In this document: piece after piece, positions 51,793 through 64,000 of the stretch
Layout of the letters: each line of letters begins with the position of its first letter
Numbering within the stretch: position 1 is the stretch's first letter
DNA from: Malacoraja senta
Lineage: Eukaryota
Length of the DNA stretch: 64,000 nucleotides
Assembly: GCA_038087875.1 (NCBI GenBank)
Contig: JAXLNO010000550.1
Coordinates: 1-64,000 of the forward strand
Reading direction: 5' to 3'
Position numbers and translations under genes: made by a program
Notes under the pieces: generated by a model
What the model was told of the DNA's origin: nothing
Databases searched by the model: none
What the model saw: only the letters and a program-made list of their open reading frames with translations

Positions 51793-53293
51793 AGACCATG
51801 CCTGCCTAGTTTACCCTCAACCACCCTGATGGCGATGATTAAAGGCGATAGAGATTAGTTTAGTTTAGAGATCCAGCACCGAAACAGGCCCTTCGGCCCA
51901 CCAGGTCCACGCCAGCCAACGATCCCCGCATATTAACACTATCCTACACACACACTAGAGACAATATTTACATTTACCAAGCCAATTTACCTACAAACCT
52001 GTACGTCTTTGGGGTCTTTTACATTGGTGAGTTGGTGAGTGATTATAGTGATCGACCCCTGCCAATAACTCTTCAACGCATCCAGTCAGGAAGTGATACA
52101 ATCCCAGGGACATAGAAAACGTTTGGAATCAGAGGTATAGGTTCCTTGTTTCCACCCTTACCAAGTGTCATGTATCAAGTAGACAACAGGGCAAGTCCAT
52201 TCATAATGCAACACATTACAGGGCAAGTGTAACAATAAACCATCACTGTTTAATGGGCAGACAGTAGCTGAGAGGAAGATGAGCAGAAGGTGGAATTCCA
52301 CATAATTGGAAGTGCTGAGTATGGGCAGTATCACTGGGCATATCATCAACCACCCCTTACATAGTCAAACAGGATCCGGTTCAATGTGGCAAAAATGCGC
52401 ATCTTGCTATTTGGTTGATAGTTACCTTACATAAAGAGCTGGATTCTGCACCCATTCTGTTTAAAGAAAAAAATGGACAGACATATACTGTAATATACCA
52501 TGACCCGCATAGAATTACATAGAAATAGCATGAAGGAAATCGCAGATCCATCCAGAGGGGGTTTATTCAACATGAACCCCTTCTAGCCCAGGTCATCTTA
52601 CTGCATGAATATATATTCTTTCTTCTCCTTGCCTTTATCTAATTTCTATGCTATCTTGATTAGTACAGGTGTACTATTCGTACTATTAGTACCATAAGTA
52701 CTATTCTTGATTAGTACAGGCGTCAGAGGTTATGGGGAGAAGGCAGGAGAATGGGGGTTAGGAGGGAGAGATAGATCAGCCACAAATGAATGGCAGAGTA
52801 GACTTGATGGGCCAAATGGCCTAATTCTATTTCTTATGACCTTATGATCTATGCCTTTCACTTCAAAGGTTCCATACAGTAAAGATCTTTCTCATGACTT
52901 CCATATTTGATTAATTGGCAACTATCATTTTTAGTTATGTTCCTTTTTTTTCTCACCTACTAGAGCATGCACCTTATTTATTTCCACATATCGAGTTCCT
53001 TCCTAATCGTAAACATTTTTCTCAGGTCATCCCTCGACCTTTTCTATCCTGTGGAAAAGGCCCCAGCATGATAGTTATAACCTGATCCTTAATTTCAAGT
53101 CAAGAGCATTTAATTGTCATATGTACAGAAAATACACTTTGTACTTGCAGCTGAATAATATGTCTGTAAACACAGGACACATGGATGACACAATAACAAA
53201 GAAAAATCAATATTAAAACCCCCCCAATATTACTGTAAAACAAAAGCCCAAAGTCCCTAGTGTAACAAGCCAGTTAGTTGTTATTAATGGTAA

Positions 53294-53770
53294 CTAGACC
53301 AAATGGGACCCGTTGGGTCCCTGTCATACGGGAGGCCTGGTCCCCAACGCAACCCGTTCCCCAAGGCAATATTCTCTCTCTCTTTTTTTTTTCATAGTGC
53401 AGCATATTTACTTGAGCTTTTTCCATTATTACAAATAATCCTTCTATACCACGAGCTGACCAAAATATATATATTATCTCTCTCTCCCCTCTCCTTCTCC
53501 CTCTCCCTCTCCCTCTCCCTCTCCCTCTCCCTCTCCCTCTCCCTCTCCCTCTCCCTCTCCCTCTCCCTCTCCCTCTCTCCTCTCTCCCTCTCTCCCTCTC
53601 TCCTCTCTCCCTCTCTCCCTCTCTCCCTCTCTCCCTCTCTCCCTCTCCCCTCTCTCCCTCTCCCTCTCTCCCTCTCTCCCTCTCTCCCTCTCTCCCTCTC
53701 TCCCTCTCTCTCCCCCTCCCCCTCCCCCCCTGACACTCTGGTCTGTGAGATTCCATTGTGATGTCATCGC
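53294..53770 (-). mobile_element. putative Helitron-like 3' end with (CTCTCC)n tract
   Basis: A|CTAG at 53294 followed 7 nt later by hairpin GGGACCC-GTT-GGGTCCC (53305-53321); the other boundary is uncertain. Confidence 0.5.
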
Positions 53771-54319
53771 TGTAACTTCCTCAAGTAGGTTTTTCCATCC
53801 TTCAAATAGATTCTGATATGATCGGGAATCTGATTACTTCATTACTCCACACTTTAGATGAAGATGCTGCCTCAGTGCCCTGACCCTCCTGCCACATGAG
53901 GTAGTCCAGGAATGGAAATCAGGCTTCAGGTGACAGGTCCAAGGGCCCACCCTCAGACTACTGTCAAAGTTATTGAATTACAGTTTGAAAGGATTAAATA
54001 AGACAGAGAATAAAATTACTAATATTAAATGTATATAAAATATTAAACAGTTAAACCTGATAAACTAAAGTTGCTTAAAAACATTTAACCCATATAAACT
54101 AAATTGAACACCCTCACATACAGTCAAATGTGAAAGACAAAAAAACAACTCACACATACTTTTCCAATTCAGGTTGAACCTATTTTTATGAACGGGACTA
54201 TGGCTTGGGTATCTTGGCTGGGTATAGTGGAGAAGCCAGATAAGAAGAGTCTCCAGTTACTCATCTCAGCATGACCAAACTCACCGCTGGACAGAGATTA
54301 GCAGCAGCAACAATTTGAA

Positions 54320-54461
54320 ATCTTAGACACAAAATGGTGGAGTAACTCAGAGGGTCAGGCAGCATCTCTGGAGAAAAGGAATAGGTGATGTTTTGGGTCG
54401 AGACCCTTCTTCAGATTGGGTCTATCTTCGGTGTAAACCAGCATCTGCAATTCCTTTCTGC
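54320..54461. mobile_element. short fold-back Penelope-terminus insertion
   Basis: 10-bp TSD acaatttgaa (54310-54319 / 54462-54471); - strand reads TCTGAAGAAGGGTCTCGACCCAAAACATC. Confidence 0.75.
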
Positions 54462-57400
54462 ACAATTTGAATAATTAATTTTTGATATTAATTTTTTTAA
54501 ATTGAAATAATCCTCATCCTTATGTCCTTAATTCACCATAAAAATCATTTACATCGATAAAACCTTGAATAATGAACACTTGCCAAGGGCATGTGAAGGA
54601 CATCTTTTGAAATTCTGCAAATGACTTTATTCTGCACCTTTATTTGCCTGTTTATTTGAGTAGATTCAACACATACAGTAAGCATTTGAATTCCTTTTCT
54701 GAGATCCTCATCACTGAAGCTCCCAACTTTTTGAAGTTACTTCCGTAATGTTTTGGCACTCAGTGCCAGCAGCAACATCTCAACAGCATGAGACAAACAC
54801 ATCTTATTATGTAACATAACAATAAAGCAGGACACCGACTCTGTCATAATTGGATTATCGAAAATAAACCCAAATCTGAAGCAATCCCAGCATCTTTACT
54901 GGAGTAATTTTGCACAAATGGATCCTGCATAAAACTACCTCAAGGTGTAATACTGAGTTGCCCAGATAATGTACAAATGAAATAATATATCAATGTTGCT
55001 GACAGTTTAAAGGTCGGAATCCAATCTGGTCATTATCTTTGCATTAAACATGTATATTGCTCCATTTAATTTATTCCAGGAACTGAATCATGCAGAATGA
55101 ATGATCTGCATGGCAGATACTGCACAGTGTTGCTCATCTATGAATCCTCTCTTCAAAATATGAGATCATTTATAAAATATAAAGAATATATTTGGCATTG
55201 TTGGTGATAACTGTTCCAAATGTATACATTACAGAGCTTGGAGATTTGCCTGTTGCACAGTTAATATATTAATGAGATGTATTTTATTCCCTAAATGACA
55301 ATGGCTTAAAGACTAAGTTTGAATGAACAAAATTTATTGCTAGCTTTGTGCGCAAATTTCTTGACTTCCAAAAATGAAGTGCTATAAAACAATAGTGCTG
55401 AAAGTTGATAGCTTTGCAAAAATTTGACAGAATGTTCAAATGAAATTACCACAAATTAAAGTGGAAGAATAATATGGACTTGGCAGTGCAATAATTTTAC
55501 TATAAATTCAACCTTTGCTTTCAATTCCTTAGCAGTCCTCAAGAGTTAATAATTATAATAGATTTAACCAAACCTTAACTATTCATTTGCTTTTATGCAT
55601 CAGCTGCATTGCAAGCAGAGTCTTCATGGTTCTTGTACAGGGAAAACCAAATGCAACTCTAATCGAGTTCCCAACTGAAATCGTGTATCTTTGCCAATAG
55701 TTCTTAAAATATCATGGGACAAATAACGATTCTTTTCTGCACTGTCTTTGAACATCCACTTTCCTTCAATATCTCCTCTTGCTATAATTCCCCAAATGTG
55801 TATTAAAAGCGGTTTTGCAAATTGTGGATCAACAATATGCTTTGTCAAAGTAAACTGCATATCAAGGAAAGCAAGTTATCTGTTGACAATTGAACCATGA
55901 GCAGAATGCAGTAATCCTCCTTTAGTTTTTAAAATGATGAAATCATAGCTAACAGAATGCAATCTATCGAAAGAACATTGTCATTTATTTGCGGTGATTT
56001 AATTAATTAGTTATTAAGCTAAAATATAATTTTGCTATGTTGCTGAAATTATGACATCTGCCATGTTCTTCAATTCACTTTTTTTTTAGCAATTTATTCA
56101 GTAATTATACAGTTACCATGTAAGCTGCTACATCATCAAGTTATTTGAAATTAATCAGGCTCAGCAAAAGTGAATGCAAAATGTGGAAATTTTATTGGGA
56201 CCTTGCCTCATTCAGATTTCATTACTTCACAAACTCAGGTGGAAGATTTTACATCAGCCGGAAAATTAGTTGACGGGTACTGACCAAGTCTTCAGCTCTT
56301 TGTAGAATACACTTGGTGAAGTTTCATTATCAGCTACACATTTTCTAAGTAGGATTATTCTAAAAAAAGACAATTATAGTCTCAGAATAGATGCTGGATT
56401 TATCCAAATGCAAATACTAGAATTCCTGATGAAGCAAAATCAACCATTAGCATCCAAGATTGCTCTGAAATATCAACAGATGGCATTAATCATTATTTCT
56501 TCTTGCAAAAATGTGTTTGTGGGAGAATTTTATTTTTTTATTTTTTTTATGTATTGGCTTTGAAGGAAATAAAGCACAAGTTCACCAGTGACTTTGGGTT
56601 TAAAGGAAAAACATAGAGGAAAGTTTGCATTAGCTTAGTTTTGTACTGTTTGAAGAACAAAGAGGCTGGAATCTGAAACAATTTTTTAAAAAAACGCTGG
56701 AAGAACTCAGCAGGTCAGGCAGCATCTGTGGAGGCAACAGGTGTAAGTTGACTTTGTGGGTCAAAACCTTGCATCAGGACCTGCATAATATTTGTCATGT
56801 TTGAAACAGATGGGCTAACAGAGAAATTTAAACTGATAAATGATTACCAAAGGTTATAATGTAAAGGCAATCCAATAGTTTAAGGTATCAATCAACCATG
56901 ACTGAACTGAATGACTTGAGGGACCCGAATGGCTTCATCCAGTTCCTAAAATTCCTAAAAGAGGACACTGTTAATTGTTGATGGCAACCAGCTACTGACA
57001 ATATTAATGAAATGCTTTAAATTTTGAGTGTTTGTGAAAACAAGTGTAGAATAAAAGGGGCACTAGCTATGATTTACAATCCACAGGAATAGCAGTTGTG
57101 TGCTTCTTTGTTGCAGTTTTAGGTTAATTAACTTAGAGCAATGGAATTATAAAACATAGAATACCAGAATATTAAATAAGGAAAAAAGCTATGGTTATTT
57201 TATTGTAAGTGCCACTTTAAAATGTTAACTATGCAGTGACTGAAAAAGCAAGATGATGCAATAAATGATGCATGGCAAAGCCGAAATGAATGTAATGTAA
57301 TGAATTGTAAAAATCAACAGATGGAAAACAAATGTGGAATTTTTGTGTACTTTCTGCAGTTTTCAGCTTGAGATTATTTTGAACACCAATAAAATCTGAT

Positions 57401-58759
57401 GAAATATAAACCGGTTCTATTTATTTTACCCTTCAATTCTTGCATCATCAGTTTTGTTTATTGCCACGTGTGCCGAGGTACAGTGAAAAGCTTTTCTTGT
57501 GTGCTATCCAGTCAGCGGAAAGACAATGCAAGATTACAATCAAGCCATTTACAGTGCATAGATACATGCTAAGGGAATGACATTTAGTGCAAGATAAAGC
57601 CAACAAAGTCCGATCAAGGATAGTCTGAGGGTCACCATTATGTGGTTCATACTGTCCTGTTGATGGAAAAATAATTCTGTATTATTGAACCCAAATATTA
57701 TTGAACCCAACCCAGTCGATTATTTCTAAATCCCACCCCTATACTCCTCAATTGGTGTTACCATGTATCCTCACTGTGATTGAGTCCAAAACGAAAGGCA
57801 GCTGGCACAGCACCGTATCTTCTGCTACTAATCTACCTGACATCACTGTCACTCCTGGGATTCCCATCACTTGCCTGTTATAAAGTAAATGTTTCTGAAA
57901 TTGAGAACTAACAGTGATGTTTCTCATGGAGTTAGTTGTCTTGCAATACCAGTGACTGCTGGGCAGAGAGTCTTCGATTCCAAGATTCACTCTTTCATTC
58001 CTGAATTAAGTGGCAAGGCAGCCAAACTGTTTGGGAATCAAATGCTAAAAGGTAATCTTGTTTTGTGGATAATCTAAAGTGGATCTTGTCTGATTTTCTA
58101 TCTACTGATCTATGTTATTGATGCTGAAGCAAATGAACCCTGATATGTAAATACCAGACATGTTCCACTGAAAAATAATGATTCAGTGTTATTGGTTCAT
58201 ACTTAAATGGCAAATTTAAACAGGTTAATGGACTAAACGATAAATGCAAATAAATAAAACATGCATACAAATCTATGCACATGAGGAGAGGCAGGTGCAG
58301 ACACCATTATGGATATGCACATATTAACAGCAGAAAGATATACAGACATACAGTATGCAAAAATGAACACGACTAACTGCTATTAACCAGCATTTCTTCT
58401 GATATCATTGCTCATAACTCCTCAGTGAATGTCCAAGTTACCAACTGAGCATTCCTACAATAAGAGCCATTGAGATACCAGCAATAAACATAAACTGTCC
58501 ATTGGGTCCTCAGAATGTGTCAATGTTCATGGTCATTGTCTGAAGATTGTGGTGCAACTAACCAGAAGCACCAGCAACTCTGCTAGAACATCGTCAAGGA
58601 GTTCAAAGGGGAAGCAAAGTGCGGAGGTGGGGCGTGGGTGTCAATGGGAGGATTTTACCTGTTTGCTATTCATTAATTGCTCACCAACAGACTCCAGAGC
58701 AGTATTATCATACAATGTTTCTTCAACAACTTAGGACGTATTGACAACTACCTGCTTTT

Positions 58760-59375
58760 TGTAGAAACAAGAAGCTACAAATGACGCTTTAACAAAAGGA
58801 CACAAAGTGCTGGAGCAACTCAATGAGTCAGGCAGCATCTCTGGAGAACATGGGCAGGTGACGTTTCAGATCAGGACCCTTCTTCAGAGTGATCGAAGAA
58901 GGGGTGGAAAGAAAGCTCGGAGAGAGGAGAGGCAGGTCAAATGTGGCAGGTAATAGGGTGGACACAGGCGAGGGGGAATTTGGATAGGCAGATGGTTGGA
59001 AGAAAGGCCAGAGGGTAAAGCGGACATTGAGACAACTGATTGAACAGAGGAAGGAATGCAGATGAAGGGAGAAATAGGTGTAAATCTGGGTGGCATACAG
59101 TGGAAGGGGGTGAAGAAAAAGGGGTGGAGGGTGTTCAAGATCAAGATTTCCTTTATTGTCATTCAGACCTTTCGGTCTGAACGAAATTGTGAGTTGGGGA
59201 GTATGGGAAGGGAGAGAAGGGGTTATTAGTGGTTACCTTAAATTGGAGAATTCATTGCTCACACCATTTAGTTGTAAGCTACCCAAGCAGAATATAAGGT
59301 GCTGTTCCTCTAGTTTGCACGTGGCCTCACTCTAGCAATAGTAGAGGCCCTGGACAGAAAGGTCAGTATGGGATT
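58760..59375 (-). mobile_element. older Penelope 3' fragment (GIY-YIG C-terminus plus terminal repeat)
   Basis: 59230-59375 is the reverse complement of sequence like 38660-38800. The terminus at 58800-58890 carries TCTGAAGAAGGGTCCTGATCTGAAACGTCACC on the - strand. Confidence 0.8.
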
Positions 59376-60344
59376 GTCCAGGGCAAAAATCTCAGAAATA
59401 TGCTTTTTGTCATTATTTTCTTGCAGTAAAACGATTTAAAGTCATACCAGTTTATATGTTATCAAACATTTGATAACATATAAATTATAGGGACAGGTTA
59501 ATTTAGATTATTTTAGAGATACAGCATGGAAGCAGGCCCTCAGCCCACCGAGTCCACACCAACCCGCAATCACCCATACATTAGTTCGATCCTACACACT
59601 AGGGACAATTTACAGAAGCCAGTTAACCTACCTGCAAATCTTTGGAATGTGGGAGGAAACCCACTTAGTCTTAGGGAGAACGTGCAAGCTCAGTACAGAC
59701 AGCACCCATATGTAGTGGCTGCCTCACATACAGTCTGTCTGTCCTTTCTTCTTTTTGTTATTTTTAGTATGTGTTAAAAAAGTATGTTTTAGTGTTCCTT
59801 GGTTTGTTTTATTTGGGGGGGGGGGGAGGTTGAGGGAAACTTTTTTAAATCTCTTACCTCAATGGAGATGCGATTTTGTTCCGGATCATATCTCCGTCCC
59901 CACTGCGGCCTAACATCGTGGAGTTGGCGGCCTTTCCTGGAGACCAACCCGGCGCTCCAAGCCGCGGGAGTCTGCGGGACTTTAACATCATGGAGGTTGC
60001 TATCCCTTTGCCAGGGACCGAAGCTCCAACCGCGGGACCTGTGGACTTTAACATCGTAAAGCCCGTGGTCTCTGGTAAGAAGAGGCCGATTCGGGAGCTC
60101 CATGCCATGCATTGGGGTGGTTGAAAGTTTCAACCACCCCAATGCGGGAGTATTGATCACCTCAACTGGGGCTTCGATCGTCGGCTGCGGGGGCTTTGAT
60201 CGCCCCGACTGCGGATGGTTTGACTGCCCCGACCGCGGTAGAACAAGAGGAAGAAGATTCAACTTTATTGCCTTCCATCACAGTGAGAAATGTGGAATCC
60301 ACTGATGGATGTTTATGTTAACTTTTATGTGGTTGTGTGTCTCC

Positions 60345-60862
60345 CAGGAACAATGAAGCTGGAGCTGCCGACTTTGTATATACCCCCGTTCGTTACGGAG
60401 CTAGAGCTGCCGTCTGTGAAGGAATCCCCGTTCCAGCGCAGGTCCGCAGAAACTGCAGGTACAGTAGACTCAGCACCTGGAAACAAAGGGGAAGCCTCCA
60501 TTGTGTCCGGAAACGTGGCCGTCGGGCAGGACTTCAGGTCAGACTGAAGCGCAGGGGACTTCGGCCCCTCTCCCTACTATCCTACCGGCCAACGTACAGT
60601 CCCTTGAAAATAAAGTGGAGGACTTAAGGGCAAGGCTGCTTTATCAAAGGGAGCTGAGGGAATGCTCTGTGTTCTGTTTCACAGAGACATGGCTCACCCC
60701 CAGCTCCCCAGACTCAGCGGTCCAGCCTGAAGGTTTCTCCATCCACCGTATGGACCGTACACTGGCATCTGGGAAAGGGAGAGGAGGGGGCATCTGCCTC
60801 ATGGTCAACTCTGCGTGGTGCTCAGACGTGGCAGTCCTGTCCAACTCCTGCTCTCCCACACC
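60345..60862 (+). mobile_element. Rex1/Babar-type LINE 5' part (APE endonuclease), cut by the gap
   Basis: ANVQSLENKVEDLRARL..CFTETWL..FSIHRMDR..SGKGRGGGICLMVN. Confidence 0.85.
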
Positions 60863-61062
60863 NNNNNNNNNNNNNNNNNNNNNNNNNNNNNNNNNNNNNN
60901 NNNNNNNNNNNNNNNNNNNNNNNNNNNNNNNNNNNNNNNNNNNNNNNNNNNNNNNNNNNNNNNNNNNNNNNNNNNNNNNNNNNNNNNNNNNNNNNNNNNN
61001 NNNNNNNNNNNNNNNNNNNNNNNNNNNNNNNNNNNNNNNNNNNNNNNNNNNNNNNNNNNNNN
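60863..61062. other. assembly gap (200 N)
   Basis: run of exactly 200 N, a round placeholder size. Confidence 0.99.
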
Positions 61063-64000
61063 AACGCTTTCTGTTTTTATCAACAGATAATTAACCTGCT
61101 TCAATTTTCTGATTCTTTGCCAGGTTTCTGGGCATGTCGCAAGTTCCCCCATTAAAGTAATGTGCACAATTATTCACTTAATGAAGGTATTGCGACTAAG
61201 CAATTTGGCATTTGTTTATAGCTGTCTTGACACAGGTGCAGCAAAACTTTGTGAAGTGGAAAATAAGTGTTGACACTGCACCATTCAGCGTAACCTTTTT
61301 GAGAGCTTGGATTAATACTGTGAAATGCCTTGCAGTTTTACAATATCAAATAGCATCAATTGTTTTTTCCAGGGGTAAGGAAATAACTTCCATTTTGCTC
61401 TTGAAAGCGTATTATGTTTGTTTCACTGAAGTAATGACAGTCCTAATTTTATTGCTTTTTCAGTGCCAAGATCTATCTTGTAAACAAGACTTGTTAGCGT
61501 ACCTAGAGCAAATCAAGCTCTATTCTCACCAGCTCAAGATCTGCAGCAAAGTCAAAGCTGAAATCCAGAATCTGAGTGAAGAGCTCATTGTTTCTGCGGT
61601 AAGTAAATCTCATTATGGACTGAAATTGGCAGCACCAATTAATTTACAAAATATTTATTATACAACCATACTAACAATATCAATATTCATGTTTTCATAT
61701 CTGTGGTTTAATAAATATGCAATTATTTTATACCCATTCCTATTTTGTTTAGTTCAGTTTAGTTTAGGAATACAGCACTCGGCCCACTGAGTCCGCACCG
61801 ACCAGCGATCCCCGCACATTAACACTATCCTACACACGCAAGGGACAATTTACACTTATACCAAGCCAATTAACTTACAAACGTTTGGAGGGTGGATGGA
61901 AACCGAAGATCTCGGTGAAAACCCACGCGGTCACATGGAGAACGTACAAACTCCGTACAGACAACACCCGTAGTCGGGATCGAACCCGGGTCTCTGGCGC
62001 CGCAAGCGCTGTAAGGCAGCAACTCTACCGCTGGCCACCGTGCCGCCCGTTGACTAATGTTAGAAGAATCTTTGGCTGGTTGCCCATTTATCACAAGACT
62101 AGTTTGCATTGAGGTCGAGCATTTTGTTTCTCTCTCTCTGATCACTCCTCCCCTTAAAGTAATTTCATTTACACACCAATTTTTAGTATGGATTACTTCA
62201 GGTATTTTGTACATTCAGTTGAGGATTTAGTTGCCTCAATAAAAACAAATGTCACAGCTATCGCTTTGGTATAGTTATAAACCAGGTGAAAAGATTTAAA
62301 GCATCTTTACGTTTCACCCAATTTATATTTCCAGTGAAGTCACGGTGAATGAAAAGCAATGAAGACATAAAATGGATTTGATTAATTATCATCCACTTAA
62401 TATTAGTGCACATAGTTAAGTTGAGTATAGGAGCAAAGAGGTCCTTCTGCAGTTGTACAGGGCCCTAGTGAGACCACACCTGGAGTATTGTGTGCAGTTT
62501 TGGTCCCCTAATTTGAGGAAGGACATTCTTGCTATTGAGGGAGTGCAGCATGGGTTCTCAAGGTTAATTCCCAGGATGGCGGGACTGTCATATGCTGAGA
62601 GAATGGAGGGGCTGAGCTTGTACACTCTGGAATTTAGTAGGATGAGGGGATTTTATTGAAACATATAAGATTATTAAGGGTTTTGATACGCTAGAGGCAG
62701 GAAACATGTTCCCGATGTTGGGGGAGTCCAGAACCAGGGGCCACAGTTTAAGAATAAGGGGTAAGGCATTTAGAACGGAGATGAGGAAACACTTTTTCAC
62801 ACAGAGAGTTGTGAATCTGTGGAATTCTCTGCCTCAGAGGGCAGTGGAGGCCGGTTCTCTTACTTTCAAGAGAGAGCTTGATAGGGCTCTTAAAGATAGC
62901 GGAGTCAGGGGATATGGGGAGAAGGCAGGAACGGGGTACTGATTGTGGATGATCAGCCATGATCACATTGAATAGCAGTACTGGCTCGAAGGGCCGAATG
63001 GCCTACTCCTGCACCTATTGCCTATTGTCTGTTGTCTATTGTTAACTTTCGGGTTAGTTTATTGTCATATGCACCAGGACGCAATGACATTCCTAGCTCA
63101 CAAGAAGCTGAAAGAGTATTCAATAATGAATAATACAACATTAAAGACAATGCCTTGTACAAAGCAGCAGGAAGGGGATGTGGAAGAGATGATAGGTTCA
63201 GGAATCTAACAGCTGTGAGGAAGAAGCTGTTTTTAAGTTTGGACATGTGAGCTATCAAGCTCCTGCATTTTCTCCCAGAATGTAGCGGAGAGAAAGGAGA
63301 ATGGCCGGGGAGGTAGGCATTCTTGACAATACTTCCAACCTTGCTGCTGCGATGCATGGTGAAGATGGACTCGATGGAAGGAAGTGATGTGTGATGGACT
63401 GGGCTGTGTTGACCATTCTCTGTAGCTTTAAGTAATCCAGAGCGCAGTAGTTGCCACACCAGGTTGAGATGCACCCTGTTAGAATACTTTCTGTAGCACA
63501 TCTTCAGAAATTGGAGAGAACCCTTGTCGATCGAGGCCTGAGAAAGTAAATACATTGACGTGCTTTCTTAATCAATGCATCAGTGTGAAAGAACCAGGTT
63601 AGTTTGCCAGTGCTATGGATGCCTAGAATTTTGAAGCTGCCGACTATCTTTGCAGCAGCTTTGTTGATGGGAACAGAGTTGATTCACCCCCTCCCTTCCA
63701 TGGGTCAACAACCAACCCTTTCATCGTGCTGACATTGAGGGCCCAGTTATTGTCCTGACACCAATGAATCCTAAGATTTAAGTTCATTGGTAAATGAACC
63801 ACGGGCAAGTTGAGAAAATATTTTTTTGTGTCTGTAGCAAACTGTCATGATCTGGTGTAGCCAGATTGGAGCCATAAATGGAACTGATATATACAGTTAT
63901 AAAAAGAGTATGTTAGAGACCACAGACAAATTGCAGGAGCATGGCACTAATGAGGTGGATTTAATGAACTTTAGAACAATATAAAGGAGTGTGGGGAAAG
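61063..64000 (+). repeat. near-identical direct copy of 31299-34237
   Basis: starts aacgctttctgtttttatcaac (=31299) and ends gtgtggggaaag (=34237); only scattered substitutions and homopolymer indels. Confidence 0.97.
61464..61598 (+). CDS. CTNNA3: second copy of the 135-bp CTNNA3 exon inside the duplicated segment (probably an assembly duplicate)
   Basis: same translation and splice sites as 31699-31833. Confidence 0.7.

Noticed and set aside
53274..53767. Arg/Gly/Glu-rich ORFs
   Set aside because: (CTCTCC)n low-complexity tract.

Overview
Eukaryotic, repeat-rich genomic DNA from a cartilaginous fish (skate/ray-like, inferred from HE1/V-SINE and CR1/HER1-type repeats). The only host gene seen is the 3' end of alpha-T-catenin (CTNNA3) on the + strand. 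It has three coding exons (7636-7741, 31699-31833, 51390-51678) separated by ~24 kb and ~19.5 kb introns, and the last exon carries a +1 frameshift as assembled. The introns contain two structurally complete but ORF-dead DIRS1-type tyrosine-recombinase retrotransposons in opposite orientation. They also hold a truncated Penelope (RT + GIY-YIG) element with a hammerhead-ribozyme-like motif, many short fold-back Penelope-terminus insertions with 10-16 bp TSDs, CR1 and Rex1/Babar LINE fragments, about 15 V-SINE copies, and hAT, Harbinger-like and Helitron-like non-autonomous DNA elements. The most notable observations are an intronic partial copy of the CTNNA3 last exon that differs almost only at synonymous sites, and near-perfect DIRS termini around decayed ORFs. 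After a 200-N gap, 61063-64000 repeats 31299-34237 almost identically, which is probably an uncollapsed haplotype.
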